A stretch of 63,594 nucleotides of DNA, the filler included, from Octopus bimaculoides (lineage: Eukaryota), in NCBI RefSeq assembly GCF_001194135.2. It is 10 parts of 7 records of this genome, joined end to end, with 100 filler letters (N's around TTAATTAATTAA, not from the genome) between each part and the next. Parts side by side here need not be neighbours in the genome. Positions count along the whole stretch, not along the records: positions 61,063 to 63,594 come from NC_068985.1; 9 more parts are not named here. One strand, given 5' to 3'. This document shows, in pieces, positions 63,014 to 63,594 of the stretch. The position numbers and the translations under genes are program-made. Position 1 is the stretch's first letter. Each line of letters starts with the position of its first letter. Below the pieces are notes generated by a model that saw only the letters and a list, made by a program, of their open reading frames with translations, was not told where the DNA came from and ran no database searches.

Positions 63014-63594
63014 TGGCCCAAGAGAAAATTATCCCTGAAAAGTCGAGCTGAGGTGATAAATGCTCACATCACCTCCTTAATAACTTAGCGCTTGATCGTT
63101 GTACCTCGGCCCATCCATGTTTGACTGGACTGCAGCGTTTACTTTTCTACTTCCTGTGGAAAAGACGCATTCCGCTTGTCAGACGGTCCATCCGTTGCCA
63201 GCGCCCTTTGGATGGCGGCTTGACATATCATGGATACTAGTGCGCAGAATAGCGCTGTCGTTACGCCACTTGCAGATTTACCTGCACGGTGAGCCGGTGT
63301 GGCCTCCGTTTGTAAGAAAACGTCTTTCTGCAGCTCATATCTTTAATGGAGCTGCGATCCTGGATCAAGAAAAGACCAGGATTAGGTGCCTGGAATCTGG
63401 AATGTCGCGAGGCGCTCAGTGATCTCTAACAGTTGGGCAATTCGATCGATGGAAGTTTTCAGGTAGCAATGTATAGAAATCTAGTGGTAGGCGAGAGCGA
63501 TGACGTTCTCGGAGAAATTTAGGAGTCGACGAGTATGAACCAGCTGGTTTATTTCAGGGGACTCTCGGTCTCGGTACTGCCAGGGATAACTTCC
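63014..63594 (+). mobile_element. L1/Tx1-clade LINE ORF2 post-RT fragment (runs off the window)
   Basis: WPKRKLSLKSRAEVINAHITSLIT*RL..VP / LQRLLFYFLWKRRIPLVRRSIRCQRPLDGGL matches the W..R.LS..GR..VIN / LF.FLW / P..GGL motifs of Tx1/L1 ORF2; frameshifted. Confidence 0.8.

Overview
Eukaryotic, AT-rich, gap-ridden draft-assembly window. The repeat content (very dense microsatellites plus the SINE families) looks like an octopod cephalopod, probably Octopus; this comes from my recall of the repeats, not a database match. No confidently identifiable host protein-coding gene is present. Nearly all listed ORFs are translations of microsatellites or N-runs. The real coding remnants are decayed LINE fragments (CR1/L2-like, RTE-like, L1/Tx1-like, an APE motif) and a mariner end. 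At least three tRNA-derived SINE families are present. The most interesting signal is a set of about 8 type I hammerhead-ribozyme motifs from several unrelated short repeat families. They share near-palindromic stem III sequences, as in Penelope-like-element (PLE) hammerheads. Several sit in or beside long foldback inverted repeats, and one inverted arm ends almost exactly at the predicted cleavage site. Other notable items: a 217-bp near-perfect inverted duplication, a CpG-depleted domain (about 51-56 kb), a SINE with a 13-bp TSD and empty-site controls, and a 3' tail shared by a LINE and a SINE. Nine artificial N44-TTAATTAATTAA-N44 linkers mean adjacency across them is uncertain. All coordinates and pairings were read by eye, and element boundaries may be off by a few bases.
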